Positions 1 through 12,259 of a DNA stretch of 64,000 nucleotides are shown piece by piece. This stretch comes from Octopus vulgaris (lineage: Eukaryota), in contig OX597820.1 in NCBI GenBank assembly GCA_951406725.2, forward strand, positions 18,972,001 to 19,036,000. The letters are read 5' to 3'. The notes below the pieces were generated by a model. The model worked only from the letters and a program-made list of their open reading frames with translations. It ran no database searches and had not been told where the DNA came from. Position numbers and translations under genes: made by a program. Numbering within the stretch: position 1 is the first letter of the stretch; each line of letters opens with the position of its first letter.

Positions 1-176
1 CCTATTCAATTTACCTTCCATGCAAGGTGCTTTACTCTTTTTTCTTTTTTTTTTTTAACAGAAAAAAAAACAAACCATAAAAAAAACAGGGCTAAACCAG
101 CTATCGTTTTCAGTACAGTCAATTATAGAAAAAGTAATATCACAATGTCACATTTGATAAACTCACCGTTTCTTTA

Positions 177-235
177 ATATTGGCTTTCATAGTTATGAAA
201 ATGTGATATTGGCTTTCAGAGTTATGAAAATGTGA
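177..235. repeat. Two-copy 29-bp tandem duplication
   Basis: ATATTGGCTTTCA(T/G)AGTTATGAAAATGTG at 177 and 206. Confidence 0.85.
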
Positions 236-1796
236 GAGGCTTAAAGGAAATTACTCCGATTCCTTATCGGTGTTCCTGTAATTAAAGTTGATAGGATGAG
301 ATTTATGTTTACTTAATTTGTGTTTTTTTAATGAATTTAAATGTAGCAGGTTTTGAAATAAAAGGAAAGTTGTTTTTTTTTTAAATTTTATTTTATTTTT
401 AAACACTTCTACATTTTGCTGTGGAATTTTCAAAAAATTTGAATTGCAAATTTTTAAATGATTATCACAAAATATCAACAATTTAATTGGAGTCTTATTT
501 TCGCATGCGGCCTTATCTTAAAACATTTTATTTTTTCATTATACATGTTAGGTATATGTAGGTGTTTGTTAGGTAGCCTCTGTGTGTGTGTGTGTGTGTG
601 TTTGTGTGTGTGTGTAAATGTTACTATAGGATATAAATGTGTAATAACATGTTTATTGTGTGTGTGTGTGTGTGTACACATATACATATACTTATGTGTT
701 TAATTATAGTGATATCACTATATATGTAAATGTGATGCTGATATTAAAATTTATATGTTTAGATACAATATACAGAGCAAGCTATTTATTCACCGATAAT
801 ATTATCAAATGGTTATTGTTATCAATAATATTAAAGGTTCAAAAAGACTTTATTAAAAACTGATTCTCAGCTGGTTATTGTTGTAAAGGGTTCTTTCCTA
901 AGCAGAGCCTCAATCTTCTCTGCATATAAATGTAACCGATTCCTACAGGGGGTAATTGAGAAAGTTCAGAATTGGCGCCAGTACTTGACTGGTACTTCAT
1001 GTATCAGTCCCCAAAATGATGTAAAATAAGTTGTCCTTTGCAGGATTTGAACTCGAAACACAGATTATCCTTCTCTCCTCCAGTTACTCCCCCCCTAGTC
1101 TTATGTAATGTAATGTAAAGTAGCCTCGTATCTCCTCTACAGCAACGAAACTGTCCCCGTCTTTTTCATACTTTAACCTCTTAACACCTTGCATGTGAAC
1201 ATATAGTTCCACTCAGTCAAAAGTGATCTTTGTTTTGCAAGCTACAAGGTACCCTCACTAGAGCTGGTACCTCAACAAAAGAATCTGGTACACTCTGAAA
1301 AGTGGTTGATAACCCATGCCAGCGTGATGGATGTTAAATGAAGATTATTATGATGGCGATTGTTTATTTTCTTGCTAAACTCCAAATTTTTTCTGTGCTG
1401 TGAGTTGGACAAGGAAGGATATTTGTAAACTTTTAGCATTCAGATTTCTCTGTCAAATTGTAATACTCTTTTTTTACTTGTTTCAATCATTTGACAGTGG
1501 CCATGCTGGAGCACCGCCTTTAGTCGAGCAAATCAACCCCAGGACTTATTCGATGACGATACATGTGTTTGTGTTTTTATCATTATGGTATCACGATATC
1601 GACTGGACTATTGGATGGTGTTAAACATCGCTGGTTACAATGCACTTCACATCATTTTTTTAGCTTTCAAATGATGCGACCCTACTGGCTTGACAAGGAG
1701 GCCAACATTCCCCCTCATCTGAAGGCTAGTCTATCACAGGGTTACCCATTTACAGCTGGGTAGGCTGGAGCGATATGAAAATAATAACAATAATAA

Positions 1797-2382
1797 TCTT
1801 TTCTACTCTTGGCACAGGGCCTGAAATTTTTGGAGAGGGAACCAGTCGATTAGATCAACCTCAGTACGCAACTGATACTTAATTTATCGATCCCAAAAGG
1901 ATGAAAGGCAAAGTCGACCTTGGTGGCATTTGAACTCAGAATGTAAAGACGGATGAAATGCTGCTAAGCATTTTGCCCAGCATGCTAATGATCCTGCCAG
2001 CTTGCCACAATAATAATAATAGTAATAAATAATAATAATAATAATAATAATATTTATTATTATTATTTCTTCTTTAGGCACAAGGCCTTGAAAATTTTTG
2101 AGGAAGGGAGCTAGTTGATTATATTGGCCCCAGTGCGTAACTGGTACTTACTTTTTTTTTCTACTCTAGGCATAAGACCTGAAATTTTTGGGGAGGGGAC
2201 AAACAAGGACAGACAAAGCGATTAAGTCAATTCCATCGACCCCAGTGCATAACTGGTACTTGATTTATCGACCCCGAAAGGATGAAAGGCAAAGTCAACC
2301 TTGGCGGAATTTGAACTCAGAACGTAGTGGCAGATGAAACATCACTAAGTATTTAGCCTGGCATGCTAACTATTGCCACCTT
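1797..2382 (-). mobile_element. SINE family B (Meta-domain-like), two adjacent copies
   Basis: Reverse complement of GGCGGCGAGCTGGCAG...GTTCAAATTCC GCCGAGGTCGACTTTGCCTTTCATCCTTTCGGGGTCGATAAATTAAGTACCAG. The central part resembles the Meta domain as I recall it. Confidence 0.8.
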
Positions 2383-3006
2383 AATAGTAATAATAATAAT
2401 AATAATAATGATGATGAACTTATTGGATACAGTGCTCAGGTGCACTACAACTCGTCAGAGAAAGTAACCAAAGCTGCATGAACAGTACATAGAATATGCA
2501 CAGGAAGCAAACAGTGAAAAAGTCTAAAGAAAAAAGGAAAAGAGGAAGATGCACTGTCCGATCTAGGAATTGAACCCATGTTCTAATAATCAGGAGTATA
2601 GTACCCTAACCACTAGGCCACACGCCTTCGTGTGTGTATCATAATCATTGGTTAACATCTGTCTTTCATGTAAGCATGGAGTGGACAGCTCGACAGAATA
2701 CAGTAATAAGTCAGAAGATTGGGTTGGGCTCCTGTGTGTGTGTGTGGTATACCATGCACCTGTTCAGGTAACATCGAGTTAATGGAAGGTGTGAGCTGAT
2801 GTACAGCACGTACGTTTGCTCACAATAAACAAATCATTTGCATAGCTTGTTCGACAAGAAATTGCAGAACTGTCCTTCTTGGACTACGAGAGACTACCAT
2901 CGTGTGTGTGTGTATGTTTCTGTATCATCATCATCATCATCATCATCATTATTTAATGTCCGTTTTCCATGCTGGTATGGGTTGGACATGCTGGTATGGC
3001 TGGTAT

Positions 3007-3502
3007 AGGCGGCGAGCTGGCAGAAACAGCGCGCCGGGCGAAATGCTTAGTGGTATCTCGTCTGCCACTACGTTCTGAGTTCAAATTCCGCCGAGGTCGA
3101 CTTTGCCTTTCATCCTTTTGGGGTCGATATAATCGACTTAATCCATTTGTCTGTCCTTGTTTGTCCTCTCTGTGTTTAGCCCCTTGTGGGTAGTAAAGAA
3201 ATAGGTATTACGTCTGCCGCTACATTCTGAGTTCAAATTCAGCCGAGGTCGACTTTGCCTTTCATCCTTTTGGGGTCGATATAATCGACTTAATCCATTT
3301 GTCTGTCCTTGTTTGTCCTCTCTGTGTTTAGCCCCTTGTGGGTAGTAAAGAAATAGGTATTACATCTGTCGCTACATTCTGAGTTCAAATTCAGCCGAGG
3401 TCGACTTTGCCTTTCATCCTTTTGGGGTCGATATAATCGACTTAATCCATTTGTCTGTCCTTGTTTGTCCTCTCTGTGTTTAGCCCTTTGTGGGTAGTAA
3501 AG
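3007..3502 (+). mobile_element. SINE family B, three head-to-tail ~150-bp internal units
   Basis: Near-identical TCTGCC..TTCTGAGTTCAAATT..GTGGGTAGTAAAGAAA units at about 3060, 3210 and 3360. Confidence 0.85.
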
Positions 3503-3779
3503 AAACAGAAATAGGGATGGGTTGGACAGTTTTACACGGAGCTGGCTAACTGGGAGTTGTCCAGACTCCAACTGTCTTTGTGGCATAGTCTCTATTGCTG
3601 GATGCCCTTCCTAACACAAACCACTTTACAGCAGAGTATGCTGGGTGCCTTTTACATGATGTTTGCACATCACTGGCATGGGTGCTTTTTAGGTGGCACT
3701 GGCACCTGAAAAGACAAGTCTGTATATGTGGAAGATAGCAATTTTACTTAGCTTGATGTGTCTTATATATGTGTATATG

Positions 3780-3812
<33 letters not shown>

Positions 3813-3899
3813 ATAGATAATTAATAATATCAGGGTAATAAAGATTATAGCGTATAGAAAAATCAGTCAATAGACTATATATTATTCATATAAAATACA

Positions 3900-4219
3900 G
3901 TGTACATTTAAACACATTAAGAGGTATCCATCACAGGACTCCCTTACGCTAGAAGGAACAGCTAAAGTCCAAACCACTAATTAGGCATAAATTCTCAAAG
4001 GGAATGAAAAATACAAATATTTACCATCTATTTCCTGGACCATGGTTTCTGACTTTTTTTTCAGCAAATAAAATAATTTGCCTAGAAATAGATGGTAAAT
4101 GTTTTTATTTTTCAGTCCATTCGAGAATTTATCCCTAATTAGTGGTTTGGACTTTAGCTGTTCCTTCTAGCATAAGGGAGTCCTGTGATGGATACCACTT
4201 AATGTGTTTAAATGTACAC
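3900..4219. repeat. Long foldback (inverted arms ~135 bp, ~45-nt spacer)
   Basis: GTGTACATTTAAACACATTAAG... at 3900 is the reverse complement of ...CTTAATGTGTTTAAATGTACAC at 4219. The arms align with few mismatches. Confidence 0.9.
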
Positions 4220-4245
4220 ATATGTAGATATATGTATATGTAGGT

Positions 4246-4447
4246 ATTCTTTTATTTGTTTCAGTCATTTGACTGCAGCCATGCGGGAGCACTGCCTTTA
4301 GTCGAAGAAATCAACCCCAGAACTTATTCTTTGTACGCCTAGTACTTATTCTCTCGGTCTCTTTAGCTGAACCGCTAAGTTACAGGGACGTAAACACACC
4401 AGCATCGGTTGTCAAGCGATGTTGAGGGGACAAATACAGACATACAA

Positions 4448-4509
<62 letters not shown>

Positions 4510-4686
4510 CATATATACATATATACAACGGGCTTTCAGTTTCCGTCTACCAAATCCCCTCACAAGGCTTTGGTCGGCCCGAGGCTATAGTAGAAGACAC
4601 TTGCCCAAAGTGTCACGCAGTGGGATGGAACCCGGAACCATGTGGTTGGTAAGCAAGCTACATACCACACACCGACTCCTGCACCT
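4246..4686 (-). mobile_element. SINE family A (tRNA-like head, CORE-like box, internal microsatellite, conserved tail)
   Basis: Head GCAGGAGTGGCTGTGTGGTAAG..GGTTC; CCTTGGGCAAGTG CORE-like; internal (TA)n; tail ..CAGCATGGCCGCAGTCAAATGACTGAAACAAGTAAAAGAG. More than 20 full or partial copies in the window. Confidence 0.85.
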
Positions 4687-5569
4687 ATGTATAGGTATAT
4701 ATATATACACATATATATTTAAGCATACGTAGGTAGATATATATATATATTTATCAATATATGTATGTGTATATGTAGGTATATATAAATGTATATGTAT
4801 GTATGTATATGTGTGTGTGTATATATATATATAACTATATGAATGTATGTTGCATGTATTATATGTGTGTGTGCTGCAGTCTATATTTCTATTCTTTAAT
4901 TCAGCAGACCTTTCTTAGTTATCAATTATACATTCTGATTCTGACAAAAGAATTATCATCTATTTCTATAAAATTCCCTAAACACTCCAAAATTAACACT
5001 TCCTCTCCTGCTATCTCTCTGTTGTCTATCTTTATGTAAGTTCAAATATCCTTATTCCCATTTTAGATGGGATAAAGCCGACGTTCCTCTCCTCATCACT
5101 CCCCTCTTCAGAATATTTCAAATATTTTTTTTTTTTTTTATTAACCAACCCAAAATTCTAGAATTCTTTATGAATTTGTTGTATTCTATAGCAAAGAAAT
5201 TTATAGATTCTCCATAGATTTATTGGCAAAATTTACTTTTATATCAGTATTGCATTCATCGCATCTCGTCCCAGCATCCTCTATTCACTGCATCCTTGCT
5301 CTAGCAATCTCTTGCCCTGTTTAGTCTGTTCATTGTGTTTGCAACTTCAACATTCTTTTCATTTTCTCTTGTTCGCCCATTTAAACCCATCCCAGCAATT
5401 CTTCTGTTTTCATTTTTCTTTTTCCTTCTTTTTTTGCTTTTCTTCTCTGTTTTTATAATTATTTGGAACATTATCTCTGCATTTTACTATTTTCTTTTTA
5501 TATGAAAAATATGTTTTTTGTTCTCTTCTCTTCCATAAATATTCAACTTTCTGAGAAAGTATTATCCTG

Positions 5570-5696
5570 ATTATTATTATTATTATTATTATCATTATTA
5601 TTATTATTATTATTATCATTATTATTATTATTATTATTATTATCCTCCTCCTCCTCCTCCTCCTCATCATCATCATACTCATCATCATCATTATTA

Positions 5697-5728
<32 letters not shown>

Positions 5729-5790
5729 TTTACCATCATCGTCATCATCATCACCATCATCATCATTATAGTGGTAGTAGCAGTTGTATC
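5570..5790. repeat. Compound trinucleotide microsatellite (ATT/CCT/ATC)n
   Basis: Directly visible; explains ORF 5410-5766. Confidence 0.95.
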
Positions 5791-6277
5791 ATTTTAAAAC
5801 ATCAGTTTTATTTCTTTGAGACACTTAAAAATAATTTAATGTTTGGAAAATATTTTCTTTAACAAAAAAAACAAAACGTAATGAAATATAAGAATAAAAT
5901 AGAATAAACTCTACATATTTCTCTTTTTTGTCTGAGACAAAGTTACGCTTATATATTTTGTTTTTCATTCTTCAAGATGTAATCCAATCTGTTTTCATTC
6001 TCATTGTATGCATATGACATTTGTTAATATTATAAATTGAGGTAGAATTAATGTTAAAGTTATGGAATTCACATCTAAACTCTGTCTGCACACGTCCAGG
6101 CACACAAACCTTGGTTCATGACCTGTCTGATGATTACCAAATTTGGGATGGATTAGCTTCTGGACTGAGAAACATTTTTCGTAATTAACCCTCTCAGACC
6201 TGGGCCCGTTTGTCTAACTTTACCCTCCAATCGGGTCCCCAAGCAAAAAAAATAATTAGATGCATATAAAGAGTGAA

Positions 6278-6580
6278 AACCCCCTTCGGTCACAAACGAC
6301 CACATGATTGCACCTAGAAATTTCCCCTCTGAGGCACAAGTCCGGGCAAGGTTGTTTATGGAAGACCAGCAGTCACCCATGCATACCAGCCTTCCCTCTC
6401 TATGCCACCACTGTTATCCAAAGGAAAGGCAAAAGCTGATACAGCTTGGCACTAGTGAACTGGAGCAACATGAAATAAAGTGTCTTGCTCAAGAACTCAA
6501 CACAACACAGCCCAGTCAGGGAATCGAACTCACTACTTCATGACTGCGAGCCTGACGCTCTAACCACTGAGCCACTTGCC

Positions 6581-6583
<3 letters not shown>
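6278..6583 (-). mobile_element. SINE family D (tRNA head plus CORE-like box)
   Basis: Reverse complement matches 42013-42340: GGCTCAGTGGTTAGAGC (A box), GTTCGATTCC (B box), CTTGAGCAAGACACTT, shared 3' tail. Confidence 0.8.
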
Positions 6584-6671
<88 letters not shown>

Positions 6672-6715
6672 TCATCATCATCGTTTAACGTCCGTTCTCC
6701 ATGCTAGCATGGGTT

Positions 6716-6761
<46 letters not shown>

Positions 6762-6805
6762 TCATCATCATCGTTTAACGTCCGTTCTCCATGCTAGCAT
6801 GGGTT

Positions 6806-6844
<39 letters not shown>

Positions 6845-7113
6845 CCTTGCCTGGCCCCCGTGCCGGTGACATGTAAAAAGCACCATCCGTCCATGGCCGT
6901 TTGCCAGCCCCGTCTGGCACCTGTGCGGGTGGCACGTAAAAAGCACCCACTACACTCACGGAGTGGTTGGCATTAGGAAGGGCATCCAGCCGTAGAAACA
7001 CTGCCAGATCAGACTGGGCCTGGTGCAGCCTTCTGGCTTCCCAGACCCCAGTTGAACCGTCCATGGAAAGCTAGCATGGAAAGCGGACGCTAAATGATGA
7101 TGATGATGATGAT
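6845..7113 (+). mobile_element. SINE-type family C (V-domain-like with (GAT)n tail)
   Basis: GAGTGGTTGGCATTAGGAAGGGCATCCAGCCGTAGAAA (V-domain-like), then ..AGCATGGAAAGCGGACG.TAAA(TGA)n tail. About 20 copies, e.g. 15885, 17800, 18620, 20905, 33690, 37436, 50310, 55718, 58150. Confidence 0.8.
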
Positions 7114-7217
7114 GTATATGTATATGTATATGTATGTAGGCAGACACATGGTTGTGTGGTAAGAAGTCCCAACCACATGGTTCTAAGTTCAATCCCGCTG
7201 TAGTACCTTGGACAAGC

Positions 7218-9180
7218 AATCTTTTTACACTTAGAAATTTCTGGCCATTTCGAGAAACTATTAACTACCACTAAGTAGTAAGAACCATTTAAAAGACCAA
7301 CGAAATCGATGTGTAGTCTTGACCATGGGACATCTACTATTGAACATTGTTTACTTTTTATCGTGGGCAATTTTTCATTTCGTTTTGGCTTACATACCAT
7401 TGTTCCTCTCTGTTTTACTGCAATTTTTTGTTTCAGTCCCTCAGTCATATTCAAAACTTCCACTGAACTGACTATATTTCCATACAAAACACCTATGGAC
7501 GTATTCCACAATTTGACTTGTTCCATCCACTCTGTACCAAATACATTAAGTGAATCTTTTAATACATATATCTTTGCTTTTTCATTTGACCTCTAAATGT
7601 TACATTACATACAAATTCACTGAAGAAATTTAATCATTTTCCCATAACACCATGTGCTACTTTTTTAGATTTAATCAACTTTGTCTTACCGACATATTTC
7701 CAAGTTTTTACGTTTATAATGGTGATATCACTACCAATGTCCAATTGCATTTTAACACTTGTATTTCTGATTTTCACCTTCACGAATTTCCTCATCGTTA
7801 TATTACCAATTTCTTTCGATGACATACTATTTATTCTTTCTCCTTCTGACATTTTGTCACCTTCGTTCTACAGTGCATCTTTATACGTCCTATATTTCCA
7901 CAACAAAAGCACTCCGCTTTCTTAAATGAACAGTTTTTCTTCAAGTGTATACCTCCACATAGAAAACATGGGTTTACTTTCTGATTTTTGTTCTGTTTTT
8001 TAGAAAACATTTTATCTCTATTCTAGCTATTCTTGCTTTTCTTGGAAACAATCTTTACATTTAATTTCCTCTGTGTTGTGTCTTAATTTGACCATCCTTT
8101 CACATTCTTCTGACACTTGCTGTAGGGTTACATCCTGGTTTTGTTCCAGCTTTGTCAGAATTCTAGTTCTATCTTCTGCATCCTTTTCGGCAGTAAGTCC
8201 CTGTGTAAAAATCAGGCATTTGAACATATCTGGCTTTAATTCGTCCAGTTTAAACTTCTCACATTCCCTCTTTACTCTACCAGCATATGCTCTTTTACTC
8301 TTTTACTTGTTTCAGTCATTTGACTGCGGCCATGCTGGAGCACCGCCTTTAATCGAGCAACTCGACCCCGGGACTTATTCTTTTGTAAGCCCAGTACTTA
8401 TTCTATCGGTCTCTTTTGCCGAACCGCTAAGTAACGGACACATAAACACACCAGCATCGGTTGTCAAGCAATGCTAGGGGAACAAACACAGACACACAAA
8501 CACACACATGCATACATATATATATACATATATACAATGGGCTTCTTTCAGTTTCCGTCTACCAAATCCACTCACAAGGCTTTGGTCGGCCCGAGGCTAT
8601 AGTAGAAGACACTTGCCCAAAGTGTCACGCAGTGGGATGGAACCCGGAACCATGTGGTTGGTTAGCAAGCTACTTACCACACAGCCACGTGATATCATCC
8701 TTGTCGTTTTTCTCATTGTTCAGGCACTTCCAACGTTTGTCGAACAATGAGCTTTCTTCACTGAAAATTTTACACAATATACCTATTGTGTCATTAAAGT
8801 TTATGTCCGAAGGTTTTCTCGGGAGTACATAATTACTGTATCATTCATGTTCTGTTGCCACCAGTTTTCTCAAGATTAAGTGCATTTTAATCTCATCATC
8901 TTAATCTTTACGTTCTTTCTCAAAGATTTTCTCATAACCTCTGTAGTATGCTTCGAAAGTAACTCCTTCGTCAGGTTTGTACTTGAATTCGGTTATGGAG
9001 TTTGCAATATAGTCTGGTGAGAACACTTTTTCTGAATTTCCTGATGACTTCATTAATTGTAGCATTTGTTGCTGTAATAGTCATTGTTGTTGTTCTTTCA
9101 GTTGTTGTTGTTGTTGTTGCTGTTTTTGCAACTCGAACAAACTGGCAAACAAATTTTCCATAATTTTTACGATTTTTTTC
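7218..9180 (-). mobile_element. Decayed Ty3/Gypsy LTR retrotransposon internal fragment (gag, protease, start of integrase)
   Basis: Gag FKCLIFTQGL..RTRILTKLEQ; two zinc knuckles CFLCGGIHLKKNC and CFCCGNIG..C (about 7865-7975); protease QLDIGSDITII; integrase PWSRLHIDFVG..YLVVVNSFSKWPE. Contains stops, frameshifts and a SINE insertion. Confidence 0.88.
8291..8687 (-). mobile_element. SINE family A nested in Gypsy gag
   Basis: Near full-length family A copy; gag-like sequence resumes on both sides. Confidence 0.88.
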
Positions 9181-9183
9181 TCC

Positions 9184-10106
9184 ATGAAATTCACACAACA
9201 AAACTTAGTGAGTTTGTTAACTTCTCATGAGTTGTTTAGATCCTCGGCAAGTTTATTAATTCCTCAACAATCATCTTCGGTTTCAAGACGAAAGGTGTTC
9301 TTCTATCAGGATAATGCTTGGCCACACACAGCAAGGATATCATTGCAAAGGCTGGAGCAGTTTGAATGGGAAGCAATGCTCCACCCACCATATTTGCTGG
9401 ACATTGCCCCATTTGATTAACATTTATTCTGCTGTATTCAAAATCATTTGGAAGGAAAAAATATGAACTTCGTAGACGAGGTCAAAACAGTACTGGAGGA
9501 GCATTTTTCATCACAGACAAGTGAATGTTAAAAGAGGGGCCTTGCAAGTCAACCAGATAGTTGGAAGAGCATTGTAGAAAATGAAGGAGAGTATATTTTA
9601 GACTAAAAAAGAAATTTATCTAAAGTTTAAAAAATAAAAGAAGTATGGCGCAGGAGTGGCTGTGTGGTAAGTAGCTTGCTTACCAACCACATGGTTCCGG
9701 GTTCAGTTCCACTGTGTAGCACCTTGGGCAAGTGTCTCCTACTATAGCCTTGGGCTGACCAAAGCCTTGTGAGTGGATTTGGTAGATGGAAACTGAAAAG
9801 AAGCCTGTCGTATATATGTATATGTATATATTTGTGTGTGTGTGTGTGTTTGTATGTCTGTATTTGTCCGCCCCGAAATTACTTGACAACCGATGCTGGT
9901 GCGTTTACGTCCCCGTAACTTAGCGGTTCGGCAAGAGAGACCGATAGAATGCGTACTAGGCTTACAAAGAATAAGTCCTGGGTTCGATTTGCTCGACTAA
10001 AGGCGGTGCTCCAACATGGCCGCAGTCAAATGACTGAAACAAGTAAAAGAGTAAATGAGTAAATAGAGTATGAAAAAAACTGCATTATTTATGGGATGAC
10101 CCAATA
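9184..10106 (+). mobile_element. Mariner (Tc1/mariner) transposon 3' remnant
   Basis: QDNAWPHT..HPPYLLDIAPFD (DNA.PH and YSPDLAP.D motifs). TIR-like end ..TTATTTATGGGATGACCCAATA followed by TA. Interrupted by SINE A. Confidence 0.85.
9647..10068 (+). mobile_element. SINE family A, full length, nested in mariner
   Basis: Complete head-to-tail copy flanked by an AGTATG direct repeat (probable TSD). Confidence 0.88.
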
Positions 10107-10484
10107 TATATAGGTAGGTAGGAAGATTGTAAAGATTTTACAGTTTGGGGAAGTGAGCTAACGAGGCGAGTTGTTGTCACAAAGTGAATGCAGCGTTTGT
10201 GATCAATAATCTTGTGACAGATGCAGGTTTATGTTTTCTTAAGTATTTCAGTTAGGCTGAGTTTTCTGTTTCAAGTAGATTTAAATAATCCATCTTTTTC
10301 ACCATCTTTTTATTCTAATTCTGAATCTATACAATTTCAACCTTACCTGTTCTTACACTACCTGACAATTGAAAAATTCCTGGTAAAGTAATTTCAGGAA
10401 ACTGTATCTTTTTTTTTTCTTTCCATCTTGTGTTGTTTTGTTTGTATTCGGAATCTCTTTCTCTGTCTCTCTCCCACACATATG

Positions 10485-10571
<87 letters not shown>

Positions 10572-10671
10572 TGTGTCTCTCTCATATTCAATATATGTAT
10601 CTCTTGATAAGCATTGGTGTTAAAACCTTTTATCCTTTACAGGGATATTCACAAAATATTCAAGAAGTGCC

Positions 10672-10890
10672 CTGAAAGAAAAGTTGGGCATAAAAAGCAT
10701 CAAATGTGGTGTGCAAGAGAGGCGACTGCACTGGTATGGCCATGTGTTATGTATGACTGAAGACAGCTGTGTGAGGAAATGCCACTCCCTAAATGTAGAA
10801 GGAACCTGTAGAAGAGGTAAACCCAGGAAGATATGGGATGAGGTGGTGAAGCATGACCATCGGACATTGGGCCTCACAGTGGCAATGACA
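10672..10890 (+). mobile_element. RTE-type LINE ORF 3' fragment
   Basis: RRLHWYGHVLCM..VEGTCRRGKPRKIWDEVVKHD, a typical RTE C-terminus. Confidence 0.85.
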
Positions 10891-12055
10891 TGTGTGTTTG
10901 TGTGTCTGTGTTTGTCTCCCTATCACTTGACGATCAATGTTGGTATGTTTACGTCCCTGTAACTTAGCGGTTCGGCAAAACAGACTGATAAAATAAGTAC
11001 TAGGCTTACAAGGAATAACTCCTGGGGTTGATTTCTTCGGGTAAAACCCTTTAAGGCGGTGATCTAGCATGGCCGCAGTCAAATGACTGAAACAAATAAA
11101 AGAATAAAAGAATGTGTGTGTGTGTGTGTGTGTGTTTGCCCCGCTCCACTGCTTGCCAATTAGTGTTGATGTGTTTATGTCTCCTGTAACTTAGCGGTTC
11201 AACAAAAGAAATCAATAGAATAAGTACCAGACTTCAAAAAAAAAAATCAAGTGCTGGGGTCGATTTATTTGACTAAAATTCTTCAAGGCGGTGCCCCAGC
11301 ATGGTCACGGCCTCATGACTGAAACAAGCAAAAAAGCTGAATATATTATTTGGTTGTTGGCCAACTGAAATCACATGGCGTCATCATTCATGTTAAAGGA
11401 ATTTGATGGAGATTTTTAATTTATATATGAACGCTTTTGTATAAGCAGTCTCTAGCAGTTTGGTATTTAAAGAGTCAAGGAGTTTTTCAGATTTTGGAAT
11501 TTATATCTTTGTGTTAGAATTAAGCAAAGTTTTTGTAGAAATTTGAGTGCGATATCCATAATTTACATTGTCGTGCTGTCATCTGTGAGAATAAGACGAG
11601 CAAATTTTTTTTATGTGTGCGTTCTGACTAAACTAGTTGCAATGATAATATATAATTATCTACTCACAAAGATTGCATTGAAAATTGTGTTGAATTGCTC
11701 TTTTATTATATTCAGTGAAGCTCTGTATTGGATTGTTGTGTGTGTTTTATAAGTGTTTTTTAAATGTTTTTATATTTAAAAATAAATTGTATTTTATTTA
11801 ATAAAGCCATCCATCTTGGTAGCAGGCTGTTAAATAATTGTGCTGTTCATGTGAGAGCAAAATAGCCAACTCTTCATCATCATTTTAATTTCTAATTTCC
11901 CATGGGTTGAATGGAGTTTGTTGAGGTAGATTTTACTATGGCTGGATGCTCTTCCTGTTGCCAACTCTCACTTATTTTGAAGCTAAATAATATTTCTCAT
12001 ATGTATATAAATATATATATATATGTATGTGTGTGTGTGTGTGTGTGTATATGCA

Positions 12056-12111
<56 letters not shown>

Positions 12112-12195
12112 TATATATATATGCATGTGTATATATATGTGTGTGTGTAATTATACATATATACGCACATATACAAATACACATAGACATACATG

Positions 12196-12259
<64 letters not shown>

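Noticed and set aside
705-722. 18-bp perfect palindrome TATAGTGATATCACTATA
   Set aside because: Isolated and AT-rich, with no supporting context.
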